The notes under the pieces were generated by a model, which saw only the letters and a program-made list of their open reading frames with translations, did not search any database and was not told the DNA's origin. A DNA stretch of 39,668 nt from Octopus sinensis. Lineage: Eukaryota. Made by a program: the position numbers and the translations under genes. Shown here in pieces: positions 23,577 through 37,010 of the stretch; the first letter of the stretch is position 1, and every line of letters begins with the position of its first letter. Location: NCBI RefSeq assembly GCF_006345805.1, contig NW_021835530.1:1-39668 (forward strand), given 5' to 3'.

Positions 23577-23660
23577 TTAATAATAATGATAATAATAATG
23601 ATAATAAAAATATCACTGATGGTGATAGTGATGATGGTGATGATGATAATAATGATAGTA
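23271..23660. repeat. Long (AAT)n microsatellite grading into (GAT)n
   Basis: Direct reading of the sequence. Confidence 0.95.
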
Positions 23661-24099
23661 ATAGTGCTGATAATCTATCTATCTATCTACACACACACTC
23701 AAAGAGTTCAACCAACACAAAACCTCACCTCGGCTCTATTGTTAACCAAATATGAAAGTATTATTTGACAGGCAAAAACTCTGGCGTTGAAGACAGTCAG
23801 CCAGCCAACCACCAAGCCAGCCAACGAGACAGACAGACACTACTGTGATGGTGATGATGATAAAAAATAACAATAATAAGATACTGCTGTGACTACACAT
23901 AAAACAATATCATTGATGATGATGATGGTGCTGGTGGTGATGATGGTGATGGTGGTGATAATGATGATAGTGATAATAATGGTGATGATAATAACAATAA
24001 TAAGCCGACTACGGCTGCTATAATGGTACGATTATAATTGTAACGGCAATGATGGCCGTCTCCCCACGAGCCAATCAAAGCTAAAATGATAATATTATC

Positions 24100-25777
24100 G
24101 TAGCACCAAAATGTTTTTGGAAACTAAAAGGAAAACTAAATCAGTATACCAAATCGCTTGTCCTATGGTTAATCTGGAAGCGCGTCCCCCAGGGAAGAGC
24201 CAGCCTGGGATCGAAAAGTCATCAACTGGCACAAACTCTTCTCCGAATACGGACATGGATGGTCACTTGAACGGGAAATCCCCCAACTCGAGCCCTCCAA
24301 GTTCACCACCACAACCACCACAGAAAGAAAAATGTAAGCGGAACAAATAGACCCGAGAAGAGTATAAAGAAGTAATATACGCTTATTACTATGCATTAGG
24401 TAGGCCATCTCAAGAGAGACACACCGCAAACTCTTACAGTATATGGAGAACACGGAATCAAGACATTAGGCCCTATTTGGACGAGAACAAATTAGCAAAT
24501 GTGAGGAGGGATATCCTTAGAAATAACAGACTCACAGACAGTGAAATAAGTGCGATCAAGCACGCAACGGAAAATGACATAAATATAAGACACAAAGGAA
24601 ATGAAGAATCAGATGAACAGTATAGCCCGCCACGAGGCTTAATTGAAAGACTGCCATCTGACCAAAGTACGCAAAGGCCTGAAGATACAAGAAATTCTAT
24701 TGTACCTTTTAAAGATAGCCAGGAAAACGAAAAAACAACAGTAACTGAAGATCTCGCATTTGCTGAAGAACACAGAGAGTCTATGGCAGAAATGAGGCAG
24801 AAAATCCTGAATACGCTTGAAGTTGTAAGACATACAAGTATGAATGATAGAGAACCACTTCATAAACTCTCAAATACAAACCAAAATAAAAAAACAAATC
24901 CAAACTGGTAACTATGTAACAAATGAAATAATACGAGAATTAAAACCTGATTTTACTGAGTTAAATGAAATTATTTACGCTTCTGCTAGGGCAATTGAAA
25001 CCAACTGTATGCCCCCGAAAAAACAAAGAAAACAAACCCAAAATGCCGATTCTGCAACGACATGATTGAAACAGTGGACCACCTAATCTCTGGATGTAAA
25101 GTCTTAGCACCAGTGGAGTATAAATTAAGACATGACAGAGTTGGCCAATATCTACACTGGCTAATAAGTCGGCATTACAATATCAAAACTGCCGACAAGT
25201 GGTATAATCACCACCCTGAGGCTGTAACTGAAGGAGAAAATGTAACCATTCTGTGGGACTTTCCAGTACATACAGACCGAACCATCAAGGCCAATAAACC
25301 AGATATTGTTGTGAAAAACCAAAACAATAAAGTTTGCTTATTGATCGACATGAGCATCCCCGTGATCATAATATCTCAGCGAAAGAGTTTGACAAGCTCA
25401 GAAAATATAAAGACCTACTCATTGAAATTGAGAAAATGTGGCGTCTCAAGGCGGTTACAATACCAGTGATCGTAGGAGCACTAGGAATGATCAAGAATGG
25501 AACCGAAAATTATATGAGAATGATCCTGGCTTACCATCCCTGCAAGAAGTGCAAAAGATTGTCTTAACTGGTACATCACACGTATTGAGAAGAGCATTGT
25601 CGATGTGAGAACTGTTGCTGCTCATGTATTTTAATTTAACTTAAAAAAAAAAAAAAATGAACGAACTATTGAGTTTGGTTTAATGGCCTACCAATGTATA
25701 CTATGAGTTTCTTTGCCCTAGGAGTCGGGAAGATACTCGGCAAGAAATGAAAGCAAATTTGAAAGAAGAAAAAAAAA

Positions 25778-25779
<2 letters not shown>
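24100..25779 (+). mobile_element. R4/Dong element with an internal deletion removing the RT (N-terminal domain fused to the F1 CCHC/RLE)
   Basis: N-terminal motif RNK*TREEYKEVIYAYYYAL...IWRTRN...LANVRRDILRNNRLTDSEI (24340-24560), then a jump at about 25036-25043 into CRFCNDMIETVDHL; the 5' boundary may extend to about 24004. Confidence 0.85.
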
Positions 25780-25828
<49 letters not shown>

Positions 25829-27311
25829 GAAAACAAGTTGTAGATAGTAAAGTTTTAAGTTTTACTAAATATGGTTTTTTGTATGACCGCACAGAGAGAA
25901 ATGGTAGTGTTCTTAGAATAAAAAGGAGGATGATGTTTACATTTTCGAATACTCAGGGAGAGAGGAAAGGATAAGTAGTCACACATTAGATGTAGATATT
26001 AATGTTTTTTTTTTTTAACGCTGATAGTTTGCGTGATCGAAAGCTGTAGGTATGTAAGTTTCCTAACTTATTTTATTTTGAGTGAGATTTAAAATATTCA
26101 CAGGAAATTGTAGATATTCCAGTCTTTGGAATATCTCATAAGAGAAAAAGATGTTTACCTTATTGGATTCTTGAATTTCTGAATTTCTTTTTCTTTTGGA
26201 ATTTTTCTTTTCTTTTTAAAAGTTTTGCTGTGGTTTACTGTTTTTGAAGTTGTGCAGTATGTATATATTAGCAGGTGCTTACTTCCTTAATTTTTTATTG
26301 CGCATTTAATTGTGTTGTTACAATAAAAGGCATGTTTACATATTCTGTTAGAGAAGAATGGAAGACAAAATGTTCACGCAAAATTAGAATATTAAAGTTT
26401 CTAATTTTATTTTTTTTTTAGATGTTCGCTTGTTTGTCCAAAGCTGTAGATATGTAAGTTCCTTAACTTATTTCAAAATACTCACAGAAAACTGTAGATA
26501 TTCCAGTCTTTTAGAGGTATTTTTTCCAGTTGTCTTCCTGGGTTGTAATAGTGCTTCTGTGTCTTCAGCTGCTGACAAGTCAGAGCAGCGAAGAACACGT
26601 CCAATTCGAAAATGTAAACATCCATTTCATTGCAAAAGTCTTACTGTATTCTCCAACTGGACAGACAAACTAACATCTCAAGAAAACTTTAGAACTTTAA
26701 TATATTACCCAAATATGTAAACACACCTTTTATTGCAACAACACAATTGAATTCAGAAATTCAAGAATTCAACGACGCGAATATCAGTATATATGTGTAT
26801 ATGTATGTAATTATTGTTTTCTTTTTTTTTACCAGTGCTTACAAATAGAACAGGTTGAATTGCTTCTTTGCAAGGCAGCGCTCCCAGTATCCACTGGTAG
26901 TAGTAAACACATTTGACCTTTGCTGACCTAAGGGAGAGAAGAGTCTTTTGTCTCTACGGCTAACCTCCCCACCATCTACCGAATCTATTTATAGATCTGT
27001 AGAATATGATCTATTCACCAAACTGCACCCAACTATTCCTTCAAACAATGGTAGTGGTGGTGATGGTGATAATGATAAAAGTAATAATAATAATAATAAT
27101 AATATGCTGCAGCTGCTAATACTAAATACTACTAACACTACATTAATACTACAACTACTACTATTATGATAGCACAGGAACCTGAGGCCCAACTACCACC
27201 CTTATCACTACCCCGACCCCTACTACTGTTGCTGTGGCCGTTGCTGCAACCACTGCTGTTACTAAGCATAAAAACAATAATATCAGTGATGATGATAATA
27301 ATAATAATAAT

Positions 27312-30300
27312 GAAAGGAAACGAATGGAGCCGCTTCTTCCTCAAGGGCTGATTAATGATACATCTAATGATGGTGTCACAATAAAAACACTGATAATCGC
27401 TACCTTATATGAGTGACAATAAAAAACAAAATATTGTGAATAACGGTGGTAATAAAACTGAAGCCAATGATGGTGACAGTGTTGCACCCGGTAGGCTCAG
27501 AGATTCTGGTCTAGTTCCAGCCTGCCGATATCCAGAAAGGGACCACCACACACGGCATAGATGGAGCAAGCAAATTAATGCTATGGTCATGAAGTGTTAC
27601 TATCTGAGCAGCCCGGTAGATGAAAATGGTGCTCAAATTAGGGGTTACCGACAACGTATGTATGATCATTGGAGAGAAAAGCGATTTTTCAGACACTATG
27701 TGATCATGCTAGAGCAATAAGAAAAAAATGTTGGTTCACAGAAGTAAAGCTCGAAGCTATCAAAAGACGGGTCATGGAAAATAGCAGCAGAGATAACAAT
27801 GAAAATACACTTCTTATTAATAAGAGTAATCCCATAGCACAGGAAAGGAACAGTGGTAGCTTACTTGATGAAAGACATATAGATGATCTAAAAGAAGACA
27901 ATAAAACTAATGGTGACATGACAGATGAACAAAAGGTAATCTACGATAGAATAAAGGTAAGACCACAGGAGAAAGATAGCCACATTACTTGCAACCTTAA
28001 AAAGGTTGATCGTTGGAAATTGAACCATGAAACGAAAAATAAGAAAATTCTGAAATACATAAGGACAAACAGCATCACAGGAACAAATAATTTGATCAAG
28101 GCAGCAAGCATTGTTGTAGCAGAAAACGTGGGTGTTGAAGTCAAGAAAAAGAAACATAATGAGAGTGACAAAAGAAAAGATCCATGGTGGAAAAGAAGAA
28201 TCCAGGCTTGGTTAGACATGCTATCGAAGGAAATCTCTGTGTTAGACCAAAAAGTGAAAGGGGAGCTTAAAAGCGAACAAAAATACAGGGCGCTGAAAAG
28301 GAAGTATAATATTGAAAGAAAGGGCCTGAAAGTAGTAGTGGAGGGACTGAAACATCGCCTCGTTGCTAAAAAAAGCAAAGACGGTAAGATACCAAAGAAT
28401 GAAGGGATACCACCAGAATAGGTTATTCAGAGTAGATCAGAAGAGATTATATAAAGAAATAAATGGAGAGTGCACAGATGAAATGTTGATACGAAATAAC
28501 TTTGAAAGTCGAAGGTTTTGGAGTGACATCTGAAGCAAAGACAAGGAGCACAAGAAGGATGCTGAATGGTTGCAAGAACTGAAACAAACAGTAGTCTGTC
28601 CAATACAGGCAGAACTAATCATTTCAGTTAGGGAAGTGAAGGAAATCAGCAAAAAAAAAAAAAGAAAAAAAAAATGAGCAGCTGGAAGGCCCCGGGACCA
28701 GATGGCGTTCAAGGCAACTGGATCAAAAGATTTGGCGAATGTCATGCACGAATAGCTGCGCAACTCAACACCTTGTTAAATGCCGACCAAGGAACACCAG
28801 AGTGGTTGACATTGGGTGGGACAGTGCTGTGCTTGAAAAACATCGAAAGAGGCAATATGGTAGACAATTACAGGCCGATATCCTGTTTGCCAGTTATGCG
28901 GAAGTTATTGACTGGAATACTCGCAGAGTCAATGTACGAACATCTGGGAAAAAATGGAATCCTGCGACATGAGCAGAAGGGTTGCAAGCGTAAGTGCAGA
29001 GGTACGAAGGATCAACTCCTGATAGACAAAACTGTACTTAGAGACTGCAAGAGCAGGGAAAGTAACTTAGCCATGTCATGGATCGACTATCTTAAGGCGT
29101 ACGATATGACCCCACATTCTTGGATTATGGAATGTATGAACCTATTTGGTATTGCATCGAATGTCAAGCGATTGCTTGGAAAAAGTATAGCGAATTGGAG
29201 GACAGACTGACAGGACAGTAGAAATTAGGAGGGGCATCTTCCAAGGGGACTAGCTGTCCCCACTGATCTTTGTACTGTGCTTGATACCACTAACACTGAT
29301 TCTGAGGAAAGCAAAAGCTGGGTATGTATTCAAAAGCTGCCGGCAAAACGTCAACCATTTATTATTCATAGATGATCGCAAACTTTACGGTAAAGAGGAA
29401 TCCCAAGTCAGTTCCCTCGTTGATACGGTGTATGCCTTCAGTGCTGATATCAGAATGGAGTTCGGACTGAGAAACTATGATGTGTTAGTCTTGAAGAGAG
29501 GCAAAATCAAATGTATGGACGGGCTAGTGATACAGTCGGGGGAGGTTATGAAGCAGATAGAAGAGACGGGCTATAAGTACTTGGGGATTTTGAAAATGGA
29601 TAAATTGATGGAGAAAGAAATGACAGAAAAATGTAAGGTGGAGTACTTGCACCGACTGAGACTGATACTTAAGTCGAAATTAAACGGACGGAATAAGATC
29701 AAAGCTATCAACTCCTTAGATATGGAGGAGGGGCAATCGCATGGACAGTAGACGAACTAAACAGCTTAGATAGAAAGATGAAGTTGCTAACAAAATATGG
29801 GTCACTCCACCCAAAAAGGGATACAGGCAGACTGTATGTACCAAGAAAAAGAGAGGGAAGAGGAGTTATTGGATGCGAACACAGCATTAGAGCAGAAGAA
29901 AACAACATAGCATGGTATGTAAAAAATGGCACAGAACCGCTATTATTAGGTCAGGCTTGTGTAGGATGAAAGATTGTAAAGATAAAGCACTATACAGGAA
30001 ATTGAAAACAAATGAAACTGAAAACATATGGGTAAAGTAAAGAATGCATGGTCAATTTCATAGGGATGTTGAAGATCAGACAGAGAAAAAAGATGGCTGT
30101 GGATGACTAAAAGTGATTTAAAATCGGAAACGGAGGCTCTAATCTGTGCTGCCCAAGTGCAAGCGCTAAGAACAAACTACATAAAATATCGAATAGACAA
30201 CACAGCAGAAAGTGATAAGTGCAGAATCTGTGCACATGATGGTGAAACCGTATGGCATATTACCAGCCAATGTACGCCACTAGCTCAGAAGGAATATAAG

Positions 30301-30866
30301 AGACGCAACGACTATATAGGCAGGCTTGTCCGTTGAACACTTTGCAACGAGTATGGACTTGACAGAGCAAAAAATTGGTACGACCACAAACCTGAAGGCA
30401 TCGTCGAAAATAGAAATGCAAAGATCCTATGGGATTTTATGTTTCAGTGCGACCATGAGATAGAGAATAGGAAGCCGGACATTGTCTTAATTGGGAAAGA
30501 AAACAAACTATGCTGGTTCATAGATATAGCATGCCCAGCTGACAACAAGGTATGCGATGAGGAAAAAAGAAAAGTTGAGAGATATGACAGGTTAGCTTGG
30601 GAAGTTAAGCAGTTGTGGTCGATGAAAAAGGTAGCAGTAGTACCAATAATTGTCGGAGCCCTGGGAACAGTGAGCAAAAATCTCGAGAAGTATGTGAAAC
30701 AAACAGGGGCAGCAATAAGGGTGGAGCACTTGCTGAAAACAGCACTGCTTGGAACTGCTCGAATACTCTGGAAAGTGCTCGAAAAATAAGAGGTGTTACT
30801 TTAGTTCACTGGTAGTGAACAGCTGACACTGTAGTACATCTCCAGCGTTAGAAGCTGTGCAAAGGC
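27312..30866 (+). mobile_element. R4/Dong family F4, near full-length but inactivated
   Basis: N-terminal RWSKQINAMVMKCYY; [38 protein letters not shown] (29365-29376); CCHC 30220-30273; RLE KPDIVL...FIDIACP..KVERY; stop 30787-30789; many stops and frameshifts; (AAT)n on both ends. Confidence 0.95.
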
Positions 30867-30940
<74 letters not shown>

Positions 30941-30947
30941 TAATAAT

Positions 30948-32058
30948 AAAAACAGGCAAAGGAATATCTAAGTGAATTCCGAATAGAACAAATTTCGGAA
31001 TTAGAGATAGACATACAAGAAACAGACACAGAAAAAGCTAAGCGCATGAAAACCCGTGCTAAATCTGCGGCCTTAGATATTCTGAATGATAAATGGCAAG
31101 AAAAACCTCTCTATCGCAAATACCCAAAGAGAGCGAATAATGCAGATTTTGACAAAGCCCTGACCCATCAATGGCTAATGGCCTCTGGCTTAAAATCTGA
31201 AACAGAGGGGTTTATCATAGCAGCTCAGATCAATGCCTACCAACAAGAAACTACAACCAGGCAACATATTAAGATCAGAAGCAGTCCAACGTGCCGTGTA
31301 TGCAAGCAACAAAATGAAACATTGACCATGTGGTCTCCAAGTCAGTCTTCTAGCGCCTACAGAGTATCTCAACAGGCACGATAGAGCTGCACAATATATT
31401 CACTGGGTAATCTGTAAAAACCTGGATTTGCCCCATGAAAAAAACTGGTGGGAACACAAACCACCCCCAGTGCTTGAAAATGACCACATCTCACTCCTCT
31501 GGAACTTCAATTCACTTCAAACTGACAGAAAGATAGATGCAAATAGGCCAGACATCATATTGAAAGACTTCAAACAAAGAACATGCCTCCTCATTGATAT
31601 GACTGTCCCAATCGATATAACGTATCTGTCAAGACCTACCAAAAACTGAGCAAATATAAGATCTTGAAGTAGAAATCAGCAAAATGTGGAACCTGAAGAC
31701 TAAAACAATACCTGTTGTCATAGGTGCCCTGGGAATGATAGCAAAAGGGCTGATAGCTACCTAACTCAGATACCAGGAACCCAAAAATGGCAGAATTCAA
31801 AAGATAGTGCTCATGGGAACTGCTCATATCCTACGCAAAATACTTTCTATGTAATCTTAAGGTTTAAAACAAACATAATTTTCGGTTAAAAAAAAAAAAA
31901 ACTTTTTTTAGACATTCATTAGTACAACACCCCCACCCCCCAAATATATGGCACACTATGCATAACAACAACATGAACTTCCAACCCTGTTGTCTCTTGA
32001 GGTCTCTGGGTGAGACTTGGAGCCAACTTGTACAAATATAAAGTAAAAGTCAAACATA

Positions 32059-32060
<2 letters not shown>
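30948..32060 (+). mobile_element. R4/Dong family F2, 5'-truncated, inserted in the (AAT)n tail of F4
   Basis: KWQEKPLY...HQWLMASGLKSETEGFIIAAQ, CRVCKQQNET, RPDIILKDFKQRTCLLIDMTVP; stop 31852-31854. Confidence 0.92.
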
Positions 32061-32095
<35 letters not shown>

Positions 32096-32098
<3 letters not shown>

Positions 32099-32299
32099 CC
32101 TTTCTACGATAGGCACAAGGCCTAACGTTCTGGGGAGATGAGGCTAGTCGATTACATCGACCCCAGTGCTTGGCTAGTATTTAATTTATTGACCCCGAAA
32201 GGATGAAAGGCCAAGTCGACCTTGGTGAAATTTGAACTCAGAACGTAGAGACGGACGAAATACTGTTAATCATATTGACGGTTATCACAGGTCGCTACC

Positions 32300-32341
<42 letters not shown>

Positions 32342-32549
32342 GTTTAAATTTTGGCACAAGGCCAGAACTTTCAATGGATTGAGTAAACCCAACGACGCCC
32401 AGTGCTCAGCTGGTACGTATTTTATTGATCGCAAAAGAATGACAGACAAAATCGACCTCAGCGGCATTTGAACTCAGAACATAGTGACGGACGAAATAAT
32501 GTTAAGCATTTTGACCGGGGCGATAACGATTCTGCCAGCTCACCGCCTT
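32096..32549 (-). mobile_element. Two SINE B copies (32096-32300, 32341-32549) separated by (TAA)n
   Basis: Minus-strand heads AAGGTAGCGACCTG / AAGGCGGTGAGCTGGCAGAATCG and GAGTTCAAAT B-boxes. Confidence 0.85.
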
Positions 32550-32564
32550 CGTTATGATATAATA

Positions 32565-32596
<32 letters not shown>

Positions 32597-34395
32597 TAAT
32601 AATAATAATAATAATAATGATGATGATGATGATGATGATGATGTTGATGATCGTGATGATGATGGTGATGATGATGATGATGATGATGGTGATCGGAAGC
32701 AATGATATATTAAAAACTCAGCACGTAAATAAACTAGAATATGGACGATTTCCAATTTGCTCAAAAACTGCAGTAAATATAGTTATGTAGAGACGCAAAA
32801 GTGGAAGGCATGACCCCTTGCTATCAATCATTAATTCAGCAAAAGATAGACGGGTGGTGTGTGTAACGGGTGGTCTGAGGTGAAGTGATTAGAGTGAGGT
32901 GTGTACTGAACGCTGGCTTAGCAGTTTACCAAAGTCAGTGTGGTGTAAGAGACGACTTTGCCATAAATCAAACCGTTGCAGCAATTGTAAGTTCAACGGC
33001 AGGAAAAATCGCGTGTAATTTATAGCTTCGTCTCTAGAAACATAACAAAGCCAACTTGTGCGGCAGGTAGACCCATGACGCTCAACTCCTATTTACTGCT
33101 GCTATGACAAATAACCAATTCTTTCCCACTTTGAACTGCACACGAATATTTCCTCATCTTCCATTCCATATAACTTTTTGTTGCTAATCAACAATAACTG
33201 AGATACTGGCGTTCTGGAAATGTTGCTAAAAATATTCCTTAAAGCACGTTCTTCAACAGCACCATTCAAAGCTCACAACCCCTCCCCACAACACACACAC
33301 ACACGCGCGCGCGCGCTCGCGCTCGTACACACAACAACCACCATTTCCTTTACGTCTACACACATACACGCACGCACACACACACACAAACACACATATA
33401 TGCATATGAACACACACATACATGCATACACAGACATACACACACATGCACACGTACAAACAAACGTACATACCTCCATACACATACATACATACATACA
33501 TACATACATACATGCATACATACATACATACATACATACATACATACAAATACACATACATACATTTGCTTGTCATCGATTCTACCACTTTTTCTATATT
33601 TGTTTTTGTACTTTTCATCGTTTCTGTGATATGTTCCCAGAGAAGAATATTGATTTCTTTCGAAGACCATAAAATTGGAATTGATGGGGCAGTAAAATGA
33701 GATTGTGTAAATGTCATGCCTTTCTCATAGACATTACAGAGATAGGAGTAATAGCAGAGAATCAACCGCGGATCGAAATGATTTCGCGAACTCGACATAC
33801 TGTCAACTTACCTTCTTAATCTATGCCACAAAGAGGAACCTAGAATATGTCACTCAGTCGCTCTTTCAACGAATGTAGAAATTCCCAGAGCTGTTATGAA
33901 ATTCAGTTTATGTAAAATACTTCAGACATTAATCTAATGTAGGTGCTCTCAGCCAGGATCGTTGAATCTCAAAGAAGACTGATATCGGGAGTCAGCCACG
34001 CCTACTCCTATATATGTACACGAATGTATACATGCATTTTTGACGGAAGCATTCTTAGTTCACAATAGCATTCGGTATAGCATACTTAATGTATAAAATA
34101 TGCTGATATAAGGGAGAAAAAGAGACCGTAGAAGCCTGGATAGTACGGTAGATGTCTCGACAGGCATAGACGTAGTGTTAAAAAGAACAGAAATATATTG
34201 GTAGCTGATGCAAATTGTTTAGCGGCGGTAGTGGAATTACTATATATATATTTCTAATTCTTTAAGCAACATCATCATCATCATTCATCCATCCATCCAT
34301 CCATCCATCCATATACTACATACATACATACATACATACATGCATACATACACACTCACACACATATACATATGTATGTATGTACGTATATATAT

Positions 34396-34470
<75 letters not shown>

Positions 34471-34537
34471 TATTTGTGTATATGTATATCTACAAACGTA
34501 TATATATATATATATATATAATATATATATATATATA

Positions 34538-35045
34538 TTGCATAAAGGATCGTGGGTAAGCTCTGTCCAGGAACAACACCTCTCACTACTCCGAAGAGTG
34601 CACATTGTCGAACTGCCCCATCAATGACCCTGAATTGTGCCAGAGGACCTATGTTGTATATGAGATCATCTGTGGCAAATGTGGCGCATCCTACATAGGA
34701 CGCATGACAAAAAAGCATGCATATACACATTAAGAAACACATGCAAGCAGACACTTCCGTGAAGAAACATCTACGGATGTTTCTTCACCTGGGAATTCAC
34801 AGTGCACATCAAGGTAACACAGCGGAACAGAGGCAACCTTAGAATCTCTGAGGCCATCATCATACACCAAAAGAAATCAAAGATCAAGAATAGAAGAGTG
34901 TTACAGGAAGCTAGCTCGTTGCTATAGCAACACCTTTCTGCGCATGTCCACTCCACTCACGCTCACATACACGCACATCGACAACATTCGTTGATTTCTT
35001 GAAAATGGTATCATAACCCCGAAATACTGAATACAAGATAACTGC
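34538..35045 (+). mobile_element. Penelope-like element 3' fragment encoding a GIY-YIG endonuclease remnant
   Basis: [34 protein letters not shown] (VVY 34653-34661, YIG 34692-34700), then after frameshifts LRISEAIIIHQKKSKIKNR, stop 34925-34927; left end abuts (TA)n. Confidence 0.85.
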
Positions 35046-35201
35046 ATTAATTCACATTTATTTTCTTGTGATTTACCTTGCATTTACTTCGCATTGTTTT
35101 GGCATTATCCATAATCATTTATACAATATATTCTACACAATGCTTCATAGTAATTAATCCATGTATATATATATATATATATAATATGTGTATTATTATA
35201 T

Positions 35202-35232
<31 letters not shown>

Positions 35233-35235
<3 letters not shown>

Positions 35236-35456
35236 CTTCCTGTCATTCAAATTGTGACCGCGTGTGTACCGTTGGAGATTTTTTTCCCTCTGTCTTCCCT
35301 TCTCTGGATCTTTCCTTCTCCTATGTTTCCGACGAAGAGCTCCTCTCGAAACGTTAAACCTCCTTCTTTCCTTCTTTCTGAGCGTCCAATAATACTATAT
35401 TTGTTCCACGTCCTCGCGTTGGTGTGTTTCTTTGTGCTTTTCTTTTTTGGATTAAC
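35233..35456 (+). mobile_element. Short hammerhead-bearing element, family H3, flanked by (TA)n
   Basis: Sharp (TA)n boundaries, no ORF; 3' half resembles 38952-39043. Confidence 0.7.
35325..35359 (+). ncRNA. Minimal type I hammerhead ribozyme, U4>C core variant
   Basis: GTTT-CCGACGA-A-GAG-CTCCT-CTC-GAAACGT-T-AAAC; stem III is the loopless palindrome ACGT. Confidence 0.7.
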
Positions 35457-35491
35457 TATATATAAATAAATATATATATATAATATACATA

Positions 35492-35541
<50 letters not shown>

Positions 35542-35789
35542 ATATATACATACATATATATATATGTATGTATATTCATACATATATGTATATATCTATA
35601 TATATATATATATATATATGCATATACGTATATCTATATATATATATATATATATAATATATAATATATATATATATCTATATATATATATATATAATAT
35701 ATATATAATATATAATATATATATATATATATATTATATCATAATATATATACCTGCATGTATATACATGCATACATACATATATTCTC

Positions 35790-36075
35790 AGATTCCAATT
35801 GCCATCAAACATGATGTCCAAGAACTGAAATTGCGAGATGCAAAAGTTCTGCATGGTCGAGGATCCAGAAATAATCTCACCTGTTCTGTTTCCAGTCGCA
35901 TTACTTTTCCAAAGCTGGATTTGTCATTTACGAAAGGTTACATACAGAGAAACCAACTTTGCAATGTGCTCATATACATTCAAATCCAACACCAGCGCAG
36001 TACTGCTGCCCTTTGTGTCCAAAAGTGTGTTTATCTATAAGTAAGCTGAAAATCAATTTTGGATTATCATAGAAG
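35790..36075 (+). pseudogene. Probable RTE-clade LINE 3' remnant with a C-terminal C2H2-like finger
   Basis: [17 protein letters not shown] then, frameshifted, SILDYH at 36001-36072; similar to the CxxC...LxSH finger ending RTE ORFs. Weak. Confidence 0.4.
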
Positions 36076-36276
36076 GAAAGGAGCAAGTTTTCGTATAGTT
36101 CTCGACCAAATTAAACGTCTTAGATTTGTCACGAAATTTCAAAATATAATCAGGGTTAGATAATCATATGGAGGCCCTTGGTATAAATCATATAAAACAT
36201 ATGACAGGAATGTATCCGGAATGACAAAGTAGTTAAACTTAACATCGAGTTGACGACTAGTTGCGCGTGAGCGCTT

Positions 36277-36350
<74 letters not shown>

Positions 36351-36419
36351 CACACACACCACACACAACACACACACACACAAACACACACACATATATA
36401 CACACATATATACACACGT

Positions 36420-36545
36420 GCTCGGCAAAGGAGACCGATAGAATAAGTACTAGGTTTCTTTCAAGAATAAGTCCTGGGTCGATTTCTTCGACTAAAGCAT
36501 GGTTGCAGTCAAATGACTGAAACAAGTAAAAGAATTAAAAGAATA
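36420..36545 (+). mobile_element. SINE family A, 3' part
   Basis: GACCGATAGAATAAGTACTAGG...GCAGTCAAATGACTGAAACAAGTAAAAG. Confidence 0.8.
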
Positions 36546-36584
36546 AAAGAAAATACACACGCGCACTCACCACACACACACACA

Positions 36585-36634
<50 letters not shown>

Positions 36635-36840
36635 TATATCTATATATATACATGTATGTATGTATGTATTCATTTATATATCCATGCGTATATACATACG
36701 TATATACATCATGAAATGATGTATATTTATTAGATAAACCATGTCCATTATGGAAACTCGTGCAATAGCCATTTACGTGAATCCTTCTAAATATTATACT
36801 AAATTACTCGTAGGATTTTCTACGATATGAACTAATAAAC

Positions 36841-37010
36841 TAGCATGCCGGGTAAAATGCTTTGCGGCATTTCGTCCATCTTTACGTTCAGAGTTTAAAT
36901 TCCGAATTAGTCTTTCATCCTTTTGAGGACGATAAAATAAGTACTAGTTGAGCATTGGGGTCTATGTAACCGATTTTGCTGGCATTGTGCCAAAATATGA
37001 AACCAATATT
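36841..37010 (+). mobile_element. SINE family B, 5'-eroded
   Basis: TAGCATGCCGGGTAAAATGC...GAGTTTAAATTCC...GTGCCAAAATATGAAACC. Confidence 0.8.

Noticed and set aside
27312-27400. HDV-like ribozyme at the 5' end of the near full-length Dong
   Set aside because: A TTCCTC is present but I could not build the nested double pseudoknot; needs a descriptor search.
33819-33900. Minus-strand LWEFL (ETS-like) with a GTAAGT donor
   Set aside because: All three frames hit stops before the donor and the ETS similarity ends after five residues.
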